The notes below the pieces were generated by a model. The model did no database searches, was not told the origin of the DNA, and saw only the letters and a list, made by a program, of their open reading frames with translations. Shown piece after piece: positions 22,984-32,987 of a stretch of DNA of 64,000 nt (position 1 is the first letter of the stretch; every line of letters starts with the position of its first letter). The position numbers and the translations under genes are program-made. Source of the DNA: a virus (Duplodnaviria > Caudoviricetes); IMG/VR virus record IMGVR_UViG_3300023174_003901, positions 96,001 through 160,000 of that record; one strand, 5' to 3'.

Positions 22984-23901
22984 TTAGGTTTTCCATTGTT
23001 TTAATCGTTTATGCGGGTCAGCAAGATTCATCTTGCACCAGATGTCATATTCGTTTCCTTGATCATCCTTACCTTCAATCCCCCATTTGAAATGATTCAT
23101 GTCATGTCCTAGCGGTGCAAGATGCTGTGACAACTTCATGCACTCGTCAATTCGGGTTTTGCGCCAGGTGACATGATTGAAGTCTCGTGGATTAGATGGA
23201 TTGCCTTCTAGCATGGGACGATTCTTGAACACCTCATCACCATTCTTGCCTGTAAGATCATAACGTTCGTGATCTACCAGTACCGGAATATTTTTAACAA
23301 TATCCAACATCCAGGCCACTTGACTGACCCAGGCATCATTGATCTGATGTGGAGATAAATGTCCAGTGATCTCTACCCACTTGCGGGGCACAATAGGAAA
23401 AATTGCATAAGGATGTTCGTGATTGGTTTCTGCACGTAATAATGCAAACTCACCGTCGTGATCCATGATTGCTTGATCCCAGTCCTGTGTGGTCATCACA
23501 GCATCATCATTCCAGAAAAACATCCAGGCGCCATGGCTGTGTTTGGCCAACTCATTTAGATACTCATTGAGCCTAATGTAGCCCAGACGTTGGAATTGCA
23601 TGGCACTGTACCGTACATCCATGTCGTCCAGGTAAGGTGCAATATTTTCAACAAAGTAATCAATTGTGTCTGTATCGTCGTCGTCAAATGCAATTAACAC
23701 TTCAATACGCTCAGGATTTTTTGCCCGATCGATCAGTGTGTGCAAACACTTTTCCATGGGCTCGGGTCTGCCACGCACAGGCAATAAGATACTGATATCT
23801 ACGGTAGGGTCACGCTCGGGCAAGTTCTGCGTTGTGGACACGATCTCGGGTGATATTTGTTTTTCCAAAGTTTCTCTTTCTAGCAAAATACATGTTTTCA
23901 A
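22984..23901 (-). CDS. GT-A fold glycosyltransferase (family 2-like)
   Basis: ISILLPVRGR, FDDDD, FFWNDD, HINDAW-like QINDAW. Confidence 0.8.
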   Translation of the reverse strand: MKTCILLERETLEKQISPEIVSTTQNLPERDPTVDISILLPVRGRPEPMEKCLHTLIDRAKNPERIEVLIAFDDDDTDTIDYFVENIAPYLDDMDVRYSAMQFQRLGYIRLNEYLNELAKHSHGAWMFFWNDDAVMTTQDWDQAIMDHDGEFALLRAETNHEHPYAIFPIVPRKWVEITGHLSPHQINDAWVSQVAWMLDIVKNIPVLVDHERYDLTGKNGDEVFKNRPMLEGNPSNPRDFNHVTWRKTRIDECMKLSQHLAPLGHDMNHFKWGIEGKDDQGNEYDIWCKMNLADPHKRLKQWKT

Positions 23902-25759
23902 GAAAACGATCCATACTCATGTTTTGATCTTCTACAGTATCGAACATGTATGTACAGGTTTGTTTGATTGGCTCATTGTCCAAGATATAACCAAGAAAAT
24001 CATAATCAAATTCTTGTTTAATTGGCAAAGATTTAAGATCACGATAATCAATCACATAGTTTCGTTGAAACCGCATGAGTTGATCTAGTATGTCCTTGTT
24101 GATATTATAATGACTTTTTACAAATCTGTCAACACTGTCGAACACATAAGCCACTCTATCTTGTTTTTGCATGTACAAGGTAGTACGATGCACTAGATTC
24201 CATCCAAACACTTGAATGTTGCCAATAGGAGGATGATCGATGGATCCTTGTTTGGTCCAGTTGGCAAAATAGTTTCGAGTTTCTTCAAACTGCTCGCGGA
24301 ACCAGTCGTCCTTTTGCACCCACTGATACAGATCATCATAGAACTTGCTGTATTCAATACCGTGTGCTTTGTCCAAGTATCTTGCAATGTATGTGGTCAG
24401 TCCGTTGATGTGGAAAGTTTGAATAAAACTGTTCCAGACCAAGGTATCCAACATTTCTTCCTTGGGAATATCTTTGGTGCTCACAACCACATCCACGCAT
24501 TCGTTAAGATCAGCATCGCCATAACTGCCACTCATGTAATCATACACCGGGACTGAATCAATCTTCCACATGCGTTTTTGTAGCAGATTCATTTCGGCAT
24601 TTTCCAATAACTGTGCTTGCAGTATGTTTATGCCAGTGTGATTGCCAGCACGGAAGATTTTCCAGAATGCATCTTTCCATGATTTAACAGTTTCTCCAGG
24701 CAGGCCAAGAATTAACTCTGTGTACACAGGAATATTGTTGCGATCACACAAGGCAAAGATTTCATCAATCTTGTGCTGATCTAGATTTCTACGTTTGATA
24801 TTTTCCAACACATCATGATCCATTGATTGCACACTAACAGTAAGGCCTTGACCAAAGTTTGGACTTTCTTCAATTAACTTCTTCACAATGTCAACAACTT
24901 CGTTCTTTTGGTTCTTGGCCCAGGTCATTGAGAATGAGGCCAATTTGCCCCATCGCTTTTGCACTTCAATTAACTTGTCCACGATCATGTTGTCACGTTC
25001 TACAAACATGCCAAAGTTGGCATCAGTGATTGTGACAAAGCCACAGTTGGCTCCAATCCAGTCCATCTCGTGGAATACTCGAGTGAGTTCAAACTTCTTG
25101 ACCTTGTTGTAGGTCAAACTGCCCCAGTCACAAAATGTACACTGATAAGGACAACCACGATTGGTTTCCAATGTAGCATTCCAAATCACGTCAGGATTGT
25201 CTTCAATGATCTGATCAAAGATGCCTGTGAGATACGGACTGGGTATTTGGTCCAAGTCATCAATTCTAGCACAGTCTCCGGTGTTGGCCAGGCCAGTGGG
25301 GGTGTTTATCAGTAATCCGGGTATGTGGGTGAAGTCAGTATCAAAGTCTTCCATGATACGTTTGAATGTGATCTCGCCTTCCATCTTGCTGACCAAGTCC
25401 ATGAAAGGTTCTTTTTCAAACAGTTCGGGATCTTCAATGGCAGGCTCTGGACCACCAAATATGATTGTTACACTAGGATTGATTTCTTTGATGCGTCGTG
25501 CTAGTTTGTAGTTGTACCTGTGATTCCAAACATATGTGCTAAAGGCCACAATGTTGTTCTTGGCCAATCGAGGTGCAAGTTCTTCAATGTCTTCTCTACG
25601 CCAGATCAACTGGTCTACAGCCCAGGCCTCACGTATGTGTTCAAAACCCATGGCATAACTCAATATTACTCCTGCTGAATAAGGCAAGTAATAGGCATTG
25701 AATTCCTTGGGGCCTTGTTGAAAGTTAGGCTGTACAAAACTTATAGTTTTTTTGGTCAT
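23810..25759 (-). CDS. B12-binding radical SAM protein
   Basis: ETNRGCPYQCTFC, DANFG, SVQS, ILGLPGET; GGPE cobalamin-domain region. Confidence 0.9.
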   Translation of the reverse strand: MTKKTISFVQPNFQQGPKEFNAYYLPYSAGVILSYAMGFEHIREAWAVDQLIWRREDIEELAPRLAKNNIVAFSTYVWNHRYNYKLARRIKEINPSVTIIFGGPEPAIEDPELFEKEPFMDLVSKMEGEITFKRIMEDFDTDFTHIPGLLINTPTGLANTGDCARIDDLDQIPSPYLTGIFDQIIEDNPDVIWNATLETNRGCPYQCTFCDWGSLTYNKVKKFELTRVFHEMDWIGANCGFVTITDANFGMFVERDNMIVDKLIEVQKRWGKLASFSMTWAKNQKNEVVDIVKKLIEESPNFGQGLTVSVQSMDHDVLENIKRRNLDQHKIDEIFALCDRNNIPVYTELILGLPGETVKSWKDAFWKIFRAGNHTGINILQAQLLENAEMNLLQKRMWKIDSVPVYDYMSGSYGDADLNECVDVVVSTKDIPKEEMLDTLVWNSFIQTFHINGLTTYIARYLDKAHGIEYSKFYDDLYQWVQKDDWFREQFEETRNYFANWTKQGSIDHPPIGNIQVFGWNLVHRTTLYMQKQDRVAYVFDSVDRFVKSHYNINKDILDQLMRFQRNYVIDYRDLKSLPIKQEFDYDFLGYILDNEPIKQTCTYMFDTVEDQNMSMDRFLENMYFARKRNFGKTNITRDRVHNAELARA

Positions 25760-26583
25760 ACTTTATTTAACCGTTCTACGGTCATGGTGGTTACTTGTTT
25801 ATTGGGGTCGTTGGCCCGCATTTTAACCCAAGGATCGCGTGTGCCTTTGCAACAATCTGCAAAGAAACTCATGTCTTGATTTTTTACATCCTGGAGCCAT
25901 TGTGCTAGGGCGGCTGCATCTTGCATTCTAAGTGCCACAACTTCTGGATAATTAAAATCTAACGGATTTGCCTTGTCACCTTCTAATACGGTTCTGCGTT
26001 GATATGTATCGTCATTGTTGGTACCGGTAAGATCAGCACGTTCGTGATCACAATAGATGGGAAGTCTTTCAAAAATGTCTAATGCGTAAGCAATGCAACT
26101 GACCCAGGCATCGTTAAGACTGTGTTGACTGATGTGCCCCAGCGTTTCGTACCATGCACGTGGAATGATAGGAAAGATTGAATAAGGGTGTTCGTTGTGT
26201 GTTATCACACTTAACAGTTTGAATTCGCCAGTTTTGGCACGTATGTATGTGTCCCAACCCTGTGTTTTCATTATAGCATCATCGTTCCAGAAAAACAGCC
26301 ATGGGCTTTTGCTACTTTCGGCCAGGCCGTTTAGATAACGATGCAGATTGTGATAGCCCATGGGTTCAAATATCACAATTTTGTGTGCTATATTGTGTTG
26401 CTCAATCCAGGGTATCACATGATGCAACATGTTTTCAAGTCCTACAGCATCGTTGTTGTCCATTCCGAATAAAATTTCGATAGTGGAAAAGTCGGTAGCC
26501 AAATCATGCAGGCTGAACAGACTACGCATGAGCATGTCTGACCTACCACGTGTGGGCAATAGGATTGAAATATCTATGCTCAT
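25756..26583 (-). CDS. GT-A fold glycosyltransferase, paralog of 22984-23901
   Basis: ISILLPTRGR, FFWNDD, HNEHPYSIFPI, LNDAW. Confidence 0.8.
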   Translation of the reverse strand: MSIDISILLPTRGRSDMLMRSLFSLHDLATDFSTIEILFGMDNNDAVGLENMLHHVIPWIEQHNIAHKIVIFEPMGYHNLHRYLNGLAESSKSPWLFFWNDDAIMKTQGWDTYIRAKTGEFKLLSVITHNEHPYSIFPIIPRAWYETLGHISQHSLNDAWVSCIAYALDIFERLPIYCDHERADLTGTNNDDTYQRRTVLEGDKANPLDFNYPEVVALRMQDAAALAQWLQDVKNQDMSFFADCCKGTRDPWVKMRANDPNKQVTTMTVERLNKV

Positions 26584-27095
26584 GCAAACAAATCTTCATT
26601 CCACTCGCGATGACCTTCTCGGAAAGCCATGTTGCTCTGTGTTTCACGCACTTCCACACGGTAGCACCAGAGCCGCTTGGCTTCACCTTCTCCCCAATAG
26701 TCAGGAATGTAAACCCCGTTCACAAACTTGTACAATTGATCAGCAAGCCCTTCGCATCCAAGTCGGGGTAATATAGTTAGTTTGGCAATGTTGCGACGTT
26801 GCATTTCTTTGTAGAATTCTAGTTCAGGATCATCTTCGGCAACTAACAATGTGTGATCAAATTGATCTTCAAGAACGTGTTTGAGTTCTTTGAGACCACC
26901 GTAATCAGCGGCCCAGTTACGCACATCCAGATGGTCGGTGCCAAAGTAGAACTTCATTGAGAAACTGTAACCGTGGATCAGATTGCAGTGGCTGTCGGCT
27001 CGCCACTGTCTATAGGCGCATGGAAATGCGTCGTGGTATTCTTTGGTACTGGTGTATTTGTACTGGCGAGGAATTGGTATTTGTATATGATTCAT
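26580..27095 (-). CDS. queD: 6-carboxytetrahydropterin synthase
   Basis: HCNLIHGYS, DYGGLK, FDHT, CEGLA, VEVRET; T-fold PTPS pattern. Confidence 0.88.
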   Translation of the reverse strand: MNHIQIPIPRQYKYTSTKEYHDAFPCAYRQWRADSHCNLIHGYSFSMKFYFGTDHLDVRNWAADYGGLKELKHVLEDQFDHTLLVAEDDPELEFYKEMQRRNIAKLTILPRLGCEGLADQLYKFVNGVYIPDYWGEGEAKRLWCYRVEVRETQSNMAFREGHREWNEDLFA

Positions 27096-27104
27096 GCTGT
27101 TTCT

Positions 27105-27180
27105 CCTATGTTAAATTATAGCATAGGCGGCAGAGTTTGTAAAGCGGGAGTGACGCCAAGACCGCTTAAAGAAATATTTA
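27105..27180 (-). promoter_or_regulatory. queD leader: promoter, RBS-occluding hairpin and pseudoknot-like stem
   Basis: TTTACA-N17-TATAAT (27115-27143); CCTATG/CATAGG hairpin over AGGAG; AAGCGG/CCGCTT stem; TAAATA at 27175-27180. Confidence 0.55.
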
Positions 27181-27579
27181 TGCTGGCTGTTTGTAGCCAC
27201 CAGTTTTGTAGTTCTGTTGTTCGGGAATTACGCCACGCACACCACCTACAGGGTCTGTACAGTCTCCAGTTCTACGAGGGATCAAATGAATATGTGGGTA
27301 CATTACTGTTTGTCCAGCGGCAGGACCTTGATTGATGCCAATGTTGTAAGCATCACACTCGCCCAGGTTGACCATATCCTCACCGGCCCGTTGAGCACTA
27401 TAAAATGCCTCATTGATCACTTCAGTGGTGTTGTAGTTGGGCACAAATAACAAATGACCGTTGGTGACCGGAAAGCGATCGCGGAACACAGTGACATGAA
27501 AGTCCGACAGTTCTTCTACTCGCAAGTCCCAAGGTGCCGCTCCAGCGGCGTGTGCTGATTCTAGTGTTTCGTATTTCAT
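27178..27579 (-). CDS. HIT family hydrolase
   Basis: FPVTNGHLLFVP, GQTVMYPHIHLIP. Confidence 0.9.
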   Translation of the reverse strand: MKYETLESAHAAGAAPWDLRVEELSDFHVTVFRDRFPVTNGHLLFVPNYNTTEVINEAFYSAQRAGEDMVNLGECDAYNIGINQGPAAGQTVMYPHIHLIPRRTGDCTDPVGGVRGVIPEQQNYKTGGYKQPA

Positions 27580-27689
27580 AGTTCAATCAAGTGATATTGC
27601 GAATGTGGATAGTGTTGTTGTAACCATTCCAACAGGCCAGGTTCCACAGGCAGTTGAATGCTTCCATCGCGGTTGGAGATGCAACTCAT
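27576..27689 (-). CDS. small hypothetical protein (37 aa)
   Basis: MSCISNRDGSIQLPVEPGLLEWLQQHYPHSQYHLIEL*; ATGA overlaps at both ends. Confidence 0.55.
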   Translation of the reverse strand: MSCISNRDGSIQLPVEPGLLEWLQQHYPHSQYHLIEL

Positions 27690-27880
27690 TTTTTTCTCGT
27701 TTTAAGTTCGTGTATATCTTGTTTCAAACTCTCACTGAGATTTTTGTAATAGTCAAATTCCTTGCCTATTTCTTCTTCAACCTCTCGACGAGTTTTACGA
27801 TAACCTTGCCAATCTCGTTCTTGGGCATAAGTCATGCCACCTAAAAATCCTGCCACTATACACGCAATTTCTAATAGCAT
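27686..27880 (-). CDS. hypothetical protein with N-terminal membrane anchor
   Basis: 64 aa; hydrophobic N-terminus then coiled coil. Confidence 0.6.
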   Translation of the reverse strand: MLLEIACIVAGFLGGMTYAQERDWQGYRKTRREVEEEIGKEFDYYKNLSESLKQDIHELKTRKK

Positions 27881-27883
27881 AAG

Positions 27884-28585
27884 TTATCTCGGTGCAAACT
27901 CTTGTTGCAGTTTGATGTTGTCAAAAAATTCTTTCTTCACGCTTGGGTCGGTCTTGAATGCACCATGAAGTACTGTGGTTTGGGTGAGACTACTGTGTGC
28001 CATAATACCGCGATTCTCACAACATCCGTGGGTAGCCTGTATATAAACCGCAACATCGGATGACCCAGTGGCAACCCCAATTTCTCGAGCAATATCCATG
28101 CATAGTTCTTCTTGTAAGGTTCCTCTCCGAGCACACCATTGAGCAATACGTGTGTACTTGGACAGACCAATGAGTTTTGGTCCAGCAATAATTCCAATAT
28201 AAGCCACACCCGACACAGGTTGATGATGATGCGAGCACATGCTTTTGAGTTCAGAACGAACAACCAACATGCCTTCGTACGCACCGTCTGTATCATTTGG
28301 GAAAGCCGTAGCGTTTGGTGACTGTTCATATCTACCTGCCATTATTTCGTTGAAGTACATCTTGGCCAAGCGTTTTGCTGTGCCTTTGGAGTTGGGATCA
28401 TTTTCTCTGTCAATCAATAATGTATCTAGCACACGTTCAAATGCTACAGTTGCTTCGTCAATCAGTTGCGATTTTGTTTCATCATCCACATAGTCACTGA
28501 TGTTGTCTCCAGCCCAAAAACGTTTACCGCTAGACTTCATTTGTTCACGTATTGCTTGTGATAAGTTTTTACTTGTGTCTGTCAT
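27884..28585 (-). CDS. folE: GTP cyclohydrolase I
   Basis: SMCSHH, IGLSK, QEEL, HGCCENRG. Confidence 0.95.
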   Translation of the reverse strand: MTDTSKNLSQAIREQMKSSGKRFWAGDNISDYVDDETKSQLIDEATVAFERVLDTLLIDRENDPNSKGTAKRLAKMYFNEIMAGRYEQSPNATAFPNDTDGAYEGMLVVRSELKSMCSHHHQPVSGVAYIGIIAGPKLIGLSKYTRIAQWCARRGTLQEELCMDIAREIGVATGSSDVAVYIQATHGCCENRGIMAHSSLTQTTVLHGAFKTDPSVKKEFFDNIKLQQEFAPR

Positions 28586-28586
28586 C

Positions 28587-29183
28587 TTAATCCTTGATTG
28601 TGATAGTTCTTAAATCTTGATAGTCAACATGTCTTGGTTCAGGACAAAATTCTTTAAGACCTTCCAACAATGCCAAACCTTGAATGGCTTCTTCTGGTGT
28701 AGGTTTATAATGATATCCAACTCGAAATTCATGTTGTGCAATCCAGGGTGTGATATTTAGGTCACGACCATCATACCGCATACGAATTATTGCATCATAT
28801 GCTGTGCGGTCATCTAGTATTATAGCACCACCACGGCCTATATGTAAAGGCTTATCATGTCCGAAACTTACACATTGCATGGTTCCGGAACGATACATAT
28901 TCCGTTCTAACCGCCTTGCACTATCCCAAATTCGTGTGTTTAGAAAAGGATACTCGCCTACCCAACGTTGCCAAGCATGATCCGAGTATGCATATTTGAT
29001 CCCTAACTTGTGCATGAGCATGGGAATACTTAGGTAAGTGTAAGGAGTGAACTCACATTCCTGAATCTGATCGTGTCGCAGGCACAATTCGATTGCGTGT
29101 GTACAACAATCGGTCATGATGGCATACGGTGCTCCAGTGAACTCTGCCAGTTCGTGTTCAAACTTTAGTATCTTATCGAACAT
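28587..29183 (-). CDS. DegT/DnrJ/EryC1/StrS aminotransferase-like protein (short)
   Basis: FEHELAEFTGAPYAI, CTHAIEL, SFGHDKPLHIGRGGAI. Confidence 0.8.
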   Translation of the reverse strand: MFDKILKFEHELAEFTGAPYAIMTDCCTHAIELCLRHDQIQECEFTPYTYLSIPMLMHKLGIKYAYSDHAWQRWVGEYPFLNTRIWDSARRLERNMYRSGTMQCVSFGHDKPLHIGRGGAIILDDRTAYDAIIRMRYDGRDLNITPWIAQHEFRVGYHYKPTPEEAIQGLALLEGLKEFCPEPRHVDYQDLRTITIKD

Positions 29184-30120
29184 ACCATGCCCAAGAATGG
29201 CGGATTATGTCATCTAGTATGTGATGTCGCCACTTGCCTACAACGGATGCAAACTTTGCATCGCTGGCTGTTAACACAGCAGGATCTCCTTCACGACGAG
29301 CACCGACTATGACATTTAATGGCTGTTGTGTTTCATCTAGCGCGGCTTCAATAATGCCTCGATTGCTTGTGCCCATGTTAGAACCAAGATTGTAGACACC
29401 AGGTTCGATCTTTCGATCCAGGGCCAGCACATGAGCGCCGGCAATGTCTTCTACGTGTACATAGTCACGCACACATGTTCCATCTTCTGTGGGGAAATCA
29501 TCGCCGTTTAACACAAACTCTTTTTGATCTCTAATGCTTTCTAGCACACGAGCAATGATGTGTGTGGCACCAGGTGCCTGTCCGTGCCTGCCAAGGCTGT
29601 CGGCACCGCAGGCATTGAAGTAACGAAACGCCACATAGTCCAGACCGTAGGCTCGATGATAACTCTCTAAGATTTGTTCTACCATGAGTTTGCTTTGACC
29701 ATAAGGTGAAACAGGCTCACAAGGATCTACTTCCTGACAAGGATTTATAATAGGTTCACCATAGGTGGCAGCACTTGAACTAAAGATAAATCTTGTTCTG
29801 GGTAGACTATTTTTAACAATGTCCAACAGTCGCAAGGTTTTGACCACGTTGTTGTTGTAATAGTCAGCAGGATTCTTCATACTAGGACCCACAAGACTAG
29901 TACCAGCACAATGTATAATAGCATCTGGTTGTTTGCCGATGATCCAACTCAAGGCCACATCTGACGCAAAGTCCTGATACAAAAACTTATCGCATACTCC
30001 CAACAGGTGCTTGGGAGGTTCTTGTCGATCAATGCCATAAACTGTATGTCCTGCATCTTTCAACTGCAACATGATTTGGCCACCAATGTAGCCGCCTGAT
30101 CCAGTGACTATAACGTTCAT
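29173..30120 (-). CDS. galE: UDP-glucose 4-epimerase
   Basis: TGSGGYIG, FSSSAATYG, YGQSK, FRYFNACGA, GTCVRDYVHV. Confidence 0.92.
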   Translation of the reverse strand: MNVIVTGSGGYIGGQIMLQLKDAGHTVYGIDRQEPPKHLLGVCDKFLYQDFASDVALSWIIGKQPDAIIHCAGTSLVGPSMKNPADYYNNNVVKTLRLLDIVKNSLPRTRFIFSSSAATYGEPIINPCQEVDPCEPVSPYGQSKLMVEQILESYHRAYGLDYVAFRYFNACGADSLGRHGQAPGATHIIARVLESIRDQKEFVLNGDDFPTEDGTCVRDYVHVEDIAGAHVLALDRKIEPGVYNLGSNMGTSNRGIIEAALDETQQPLNVIVGARREGDPAVLTASDAKFASVVGKWRHHILDDIIRHSWAWYVR

Positions 30121-31298
30121 TAGTATTTGGCCCCTGCTATGTGATTACGATACCTATTGCCTGAACGGTTCCACTTCTCGCCTGAACCTTGGATGATATC
30201 AACAATACGATCAACTGTGCCGTTGTTCCAGTCACTGATACGACCCATACTAGTATGTGGCGAAACCAACAACGGATCTAACTTGTTCATAGCATCAGCC
30301 ATGCTCCAAGGAACATAAAGACGTTCCGGATCATTGGCAAAGGTCTCAGGGAAACTACGATAAGCAGGGTAAAGAACATTACACCCTAGAGTATCAGCCT
30401 CAGAGACGGTGTTGCTGACCCAATCTTGAAGGGCACAATTAAAGAGACAACGAGTATCATTAAGCAAAGCGTAGTATTCATTTTTGTTCAAATTCTCATG
30501 TATTTCTAACAAGCCGGCGGCTGCCAATGCTCGAGCACGATACACATAGTCTGGATTGTTTGATCTCAGTGGACCACCTTGAAAGATAGCAAACTTCACA
30601 CTAGGGTCGGTTGCCTGATACTGTTCAGCCAGGTCCATGAAGAAGCCGGGCTGTTTCTCTTGATCAAATCTTGCGGCAAAGCCCACACGCAGTTGACGCT
30701 CGTGGAATAGTCGAATGTTGTTGGCACCGTCAATGCGTTCCAGAACTTCTGCCTTGCCAAATGCTAGGCCACTAATATTGTATATAGGAGCATGCCATCC
30801 AGCAATGCGCATATGAGCAACCATCTCTTCGTTCGTGGCGAGAACTCCTGTCGCAAACTCATTAACCATTTGTTCGTAGAGCCCCATCCATTTTGCCATA
30901 CCCCATACATGTACGAAATCATCAGGATCAATGGACTGAGCAAGACACCTAACATATACACGGGGACGTTGATCAGCAGTAACTTGATCAAGAATATAGG
31001 GCAGGCTCTCGATTCCAGGTTGAAACATGTCTTCAAAGTAGATAACATCTTCATTGGTAACTTCTCCGTTCTTCATCAACTGAACCAGGTTCATCATCTG
31101 GCTCATGCCAAAGTAACTGCGACCATGTGCATCCAACACTTGCCCTACACTGATAGCCTGTGTGTTGTCAATAGTGACACCTGGAACATAAACCACGTCC
31201 AGACCTCTACGGTCAAAAACTCTTCGGTTCCACTCTGTCAGTTGTAGTGTGTAGCGGCCTTGATAACTTTCAAGACCCATGTAGTATAGTTTTCTCAT
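30120..31298 (-). CDS. GT-B fold glycosyltransferase
   Basis: FAARFDQEKQP, QDWVSNTVSEA, GCNVLYP; start MRKLYY. Confidence 0.75.
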   Translation of the reverse strand: MRKLYYMGLESYQGRYTLQLTEWNRRVFDRRGLDVVYVPGVTIDNTQAISVGQVLDAHGRSYFGMSQMMNLVQLMKNGEVTNEDVIYFEDMFQPGIESLPYILDQVTADQRPRVYVRCLAQSIDPDDFVHVWGMAKWMGLYEQMVNEFATGVLATNEEMVAHMRIAGWHAPIYNISGLAFGKAEVLERIDGANNIRLFHERQLRVGFAARFDQEKQPGFFMDLAEQYQATDPSVKFAIFQGGPLRSNNPDYVYRARALAAAGLLEIHENLNKNEYYALLNDTRCLFNCALQDWVSNTVSEADTLGCNVLYPAYRSFPETFANDPERLYVPWSMADAMNKLDPLLVSPHTSMGRISDWNNGTVDRIVDIIQGSGEKWNRSGNRYRNHIAGAKY

Positions 31299-31576
31299 CA
31301 GAACCTCGATGCAAAGCGACGTGTGTCTTCGTCCCACATGTTCTTGGCAGTCTTGCCCTGGACATGTTTATTAAACTGCTGGAACGCATAACTGCGGAAG
31401 TTATACAAGTCCGCTTCGTTGAAGCGATATCCGTAGTCTTGTACAAACTCGCGATAGCGATCCAGATCCTCCCATACTTGTTGAGTTCGAGCATTGAGTT
31501 TGATTTGTGGCTTGGCCATTTTACTTCCTTTAAAAATAATAACTAGACATTTGATTGTTGGCACGCCATTGATCAT
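31298..31576 (-). CDS. hypothetical protein
   Basis: ORF abutting downstream ATG; start may be MAKPQ. Confidence 0.65.
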   Translation of the reverse strand: MINGVPTIKCLVIIFKGSKMAKPQIKLNARTQQVWEDLDRYREFVQDYGYRFNEADLYNFRSYAFQQFNKHVQGKTAKNMWDEDTRRFASRF

Positions 31577-32168
31577 GCAGGCGTTGTGCTGGTGCTAGAT
31601 CAATGTTGATACCGAGAAAACTATTTAGACGATCCCATGTGCCATTGTAATTTATAACACTATGCCATAGATCTGTCAATGGAAACGAGAATATATCACA
31701 CTCTTGACCGGTGAAATAAGTGCTGTACATTTGTGGTTGATACAAAAAATATTGTTCTTCATGTAGATAATAGTCATGACTTTGTTGGCCCAATCGTTTC
31801 TGACGATGTTGTAACACTCGACGATCCTGCGGAGTATCGATGTTTACAATCACAAATCTTTTGTTTTGTATATTGTTGATTGTTTCTCTAAATGGAGACA
31901 GTTCACCAAAGTGTCCGTGTAGAATAAAATCTCCCGAACTAGACAATGCATCAGCCATGCGATATTGATTCATGTTACGACCGGATGTGCTGTGAACTTC
32001 TCTATTGCCAGTATCATATGGCTCAAGATTGAGATCACTGCTGTTGGCAAATGCATCACTTAGACACAAGAGATTTTTGAGATGATTGCCACCTCCCGAA
32101 GGAGGGTAAGCAATAATGGTGGCTTGCACGTTAGATCTTGATTGAAAGATTAGGGCGAGAAAGTTCAT
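31530..32168 (-). CDS. hypothetical protein, possible sulfotransferase-like P-loop
   Basis: AYPPSGGGNHLKNLL; probable GTG start near 32129. Confidence 0.55.
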   Translation of the reverse strand: MNFLALIFQSRSNVQATIIAYPPSGGGNHLKNLLCLSDAFANSSDLNLEPYDTGNREVHSTSGRNMNQYRMADALSSSGDFILHGHFGELSPFRETINNIQNKRFVIVNIDTPQDRRVLQHRQKRLGQQSHDYYLHEEQYFLYQPQMYSTYFTGQECDIFSFPLTDLWHSVINYNGTWDRLNSFLGINIDLAPAQRLHDQWRANNQMSSYYF

Positions 32169-32583
32169 ACTTGATCAAGGCGCCATTCTCACCATCTTCG
32201 GCCACCTCAATCCACACTGCACGGTCAGGATATCGACCAGCAATTTCTGCGTACAAGTCATCAGCCATCATTTCACAACTTTTATAGTCAAGTTGTAAGA
32301 TGCCGTCTTTGTACAAATTTTCTAACCAACGTTTGAATTGAATAAACTCAATGTCGCGGTCGTTGTGTAGCACATCAATCCATACTCTAAAGTGGAATAT
32401 ATGACGATGTGGGGTACCAAGGAAACTCACATCATATTCATCACCTGTAGCCAGTGCAGAATCAGTAGCCGCCGCTGGATAGCAATGTATGCCTTCCTTG
32501 CGGAATGTAACCCAGATTTTACGTTCTGCGTGACTCATGATTCGCTCACGCTGTTCTGTTAGTGCTTGCTCTCGTTGGTTCAT
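32131..32583 (-). CDS. second QueD/PTPS-like T-fold protein
   Basis: EGIH...PHRH metal-ligand pattern, IEFIQFK, LDYKSCEM, IEVAEDG; no Cys at the QueD nucleophile position. Confidence 0.6.
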   Translation of the reverse strand: MNQREQALTEQRERIMSHAERKIWVTFRKEGIHCYPAAATDSALATGDEYDVSFLGTPHRHIFHFRVWIDVLHNDRDIEFIQFKRWLENLYKDGILQLDYKSCEMMADDLYAEIAGRYPDRAVWIEVAEDGENGALIKYELSRPNLSIKI

Positions 32584-32987
32584 GCTTTTAATGACTCCAT
32601 GGTAATAATTTTGCCAAGTTCTTCGCCAATGTCTTGATCACTGGAGATCACATGCAGTTCAAAAAGGCTGTCACCGGTGCGTCGGTCATTACGACGAGTT
32701 TCAACCACAGTACCACCATTGGCACGATACACTTCAAATCTAATACCCGTGGCACTGATTCTAATTTCATCTGGACGTTCTGATATCTGGATGTCTTCTT
32801 GATGATGATCGCTCATGCTCCAAGTGACCAAATCTTTGATCATTCGTTTAAACATATTGGGTCCTTTTGTTTGATATTTTCTTGTTGATTTACCTAAGGT
32901 AGCATCATAGCCAAAAATTGTGTTTATTCTATGTTTATGTTGTTTAGTGCTAACTTTGGCACCCATGATTGCTGGATATGTTGCCAT
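32580..32987 (-). CDS. hypothetical protein
   Basis: 135-aa ORF coupled to neighbours. Confidence 0.65.
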   Translation of the reverse strand: MATYPAIMGAKVSTKQHKHRINTIFGYDATLGKSTRKYQTKGPNMFKRMIKDLVTWSMSDHHQEDIQISERPDEIRISATGIRFEVYRANGGTVVETRRNDRRTGDSLFELHVISSDQDIGEELGKIITMESLKA

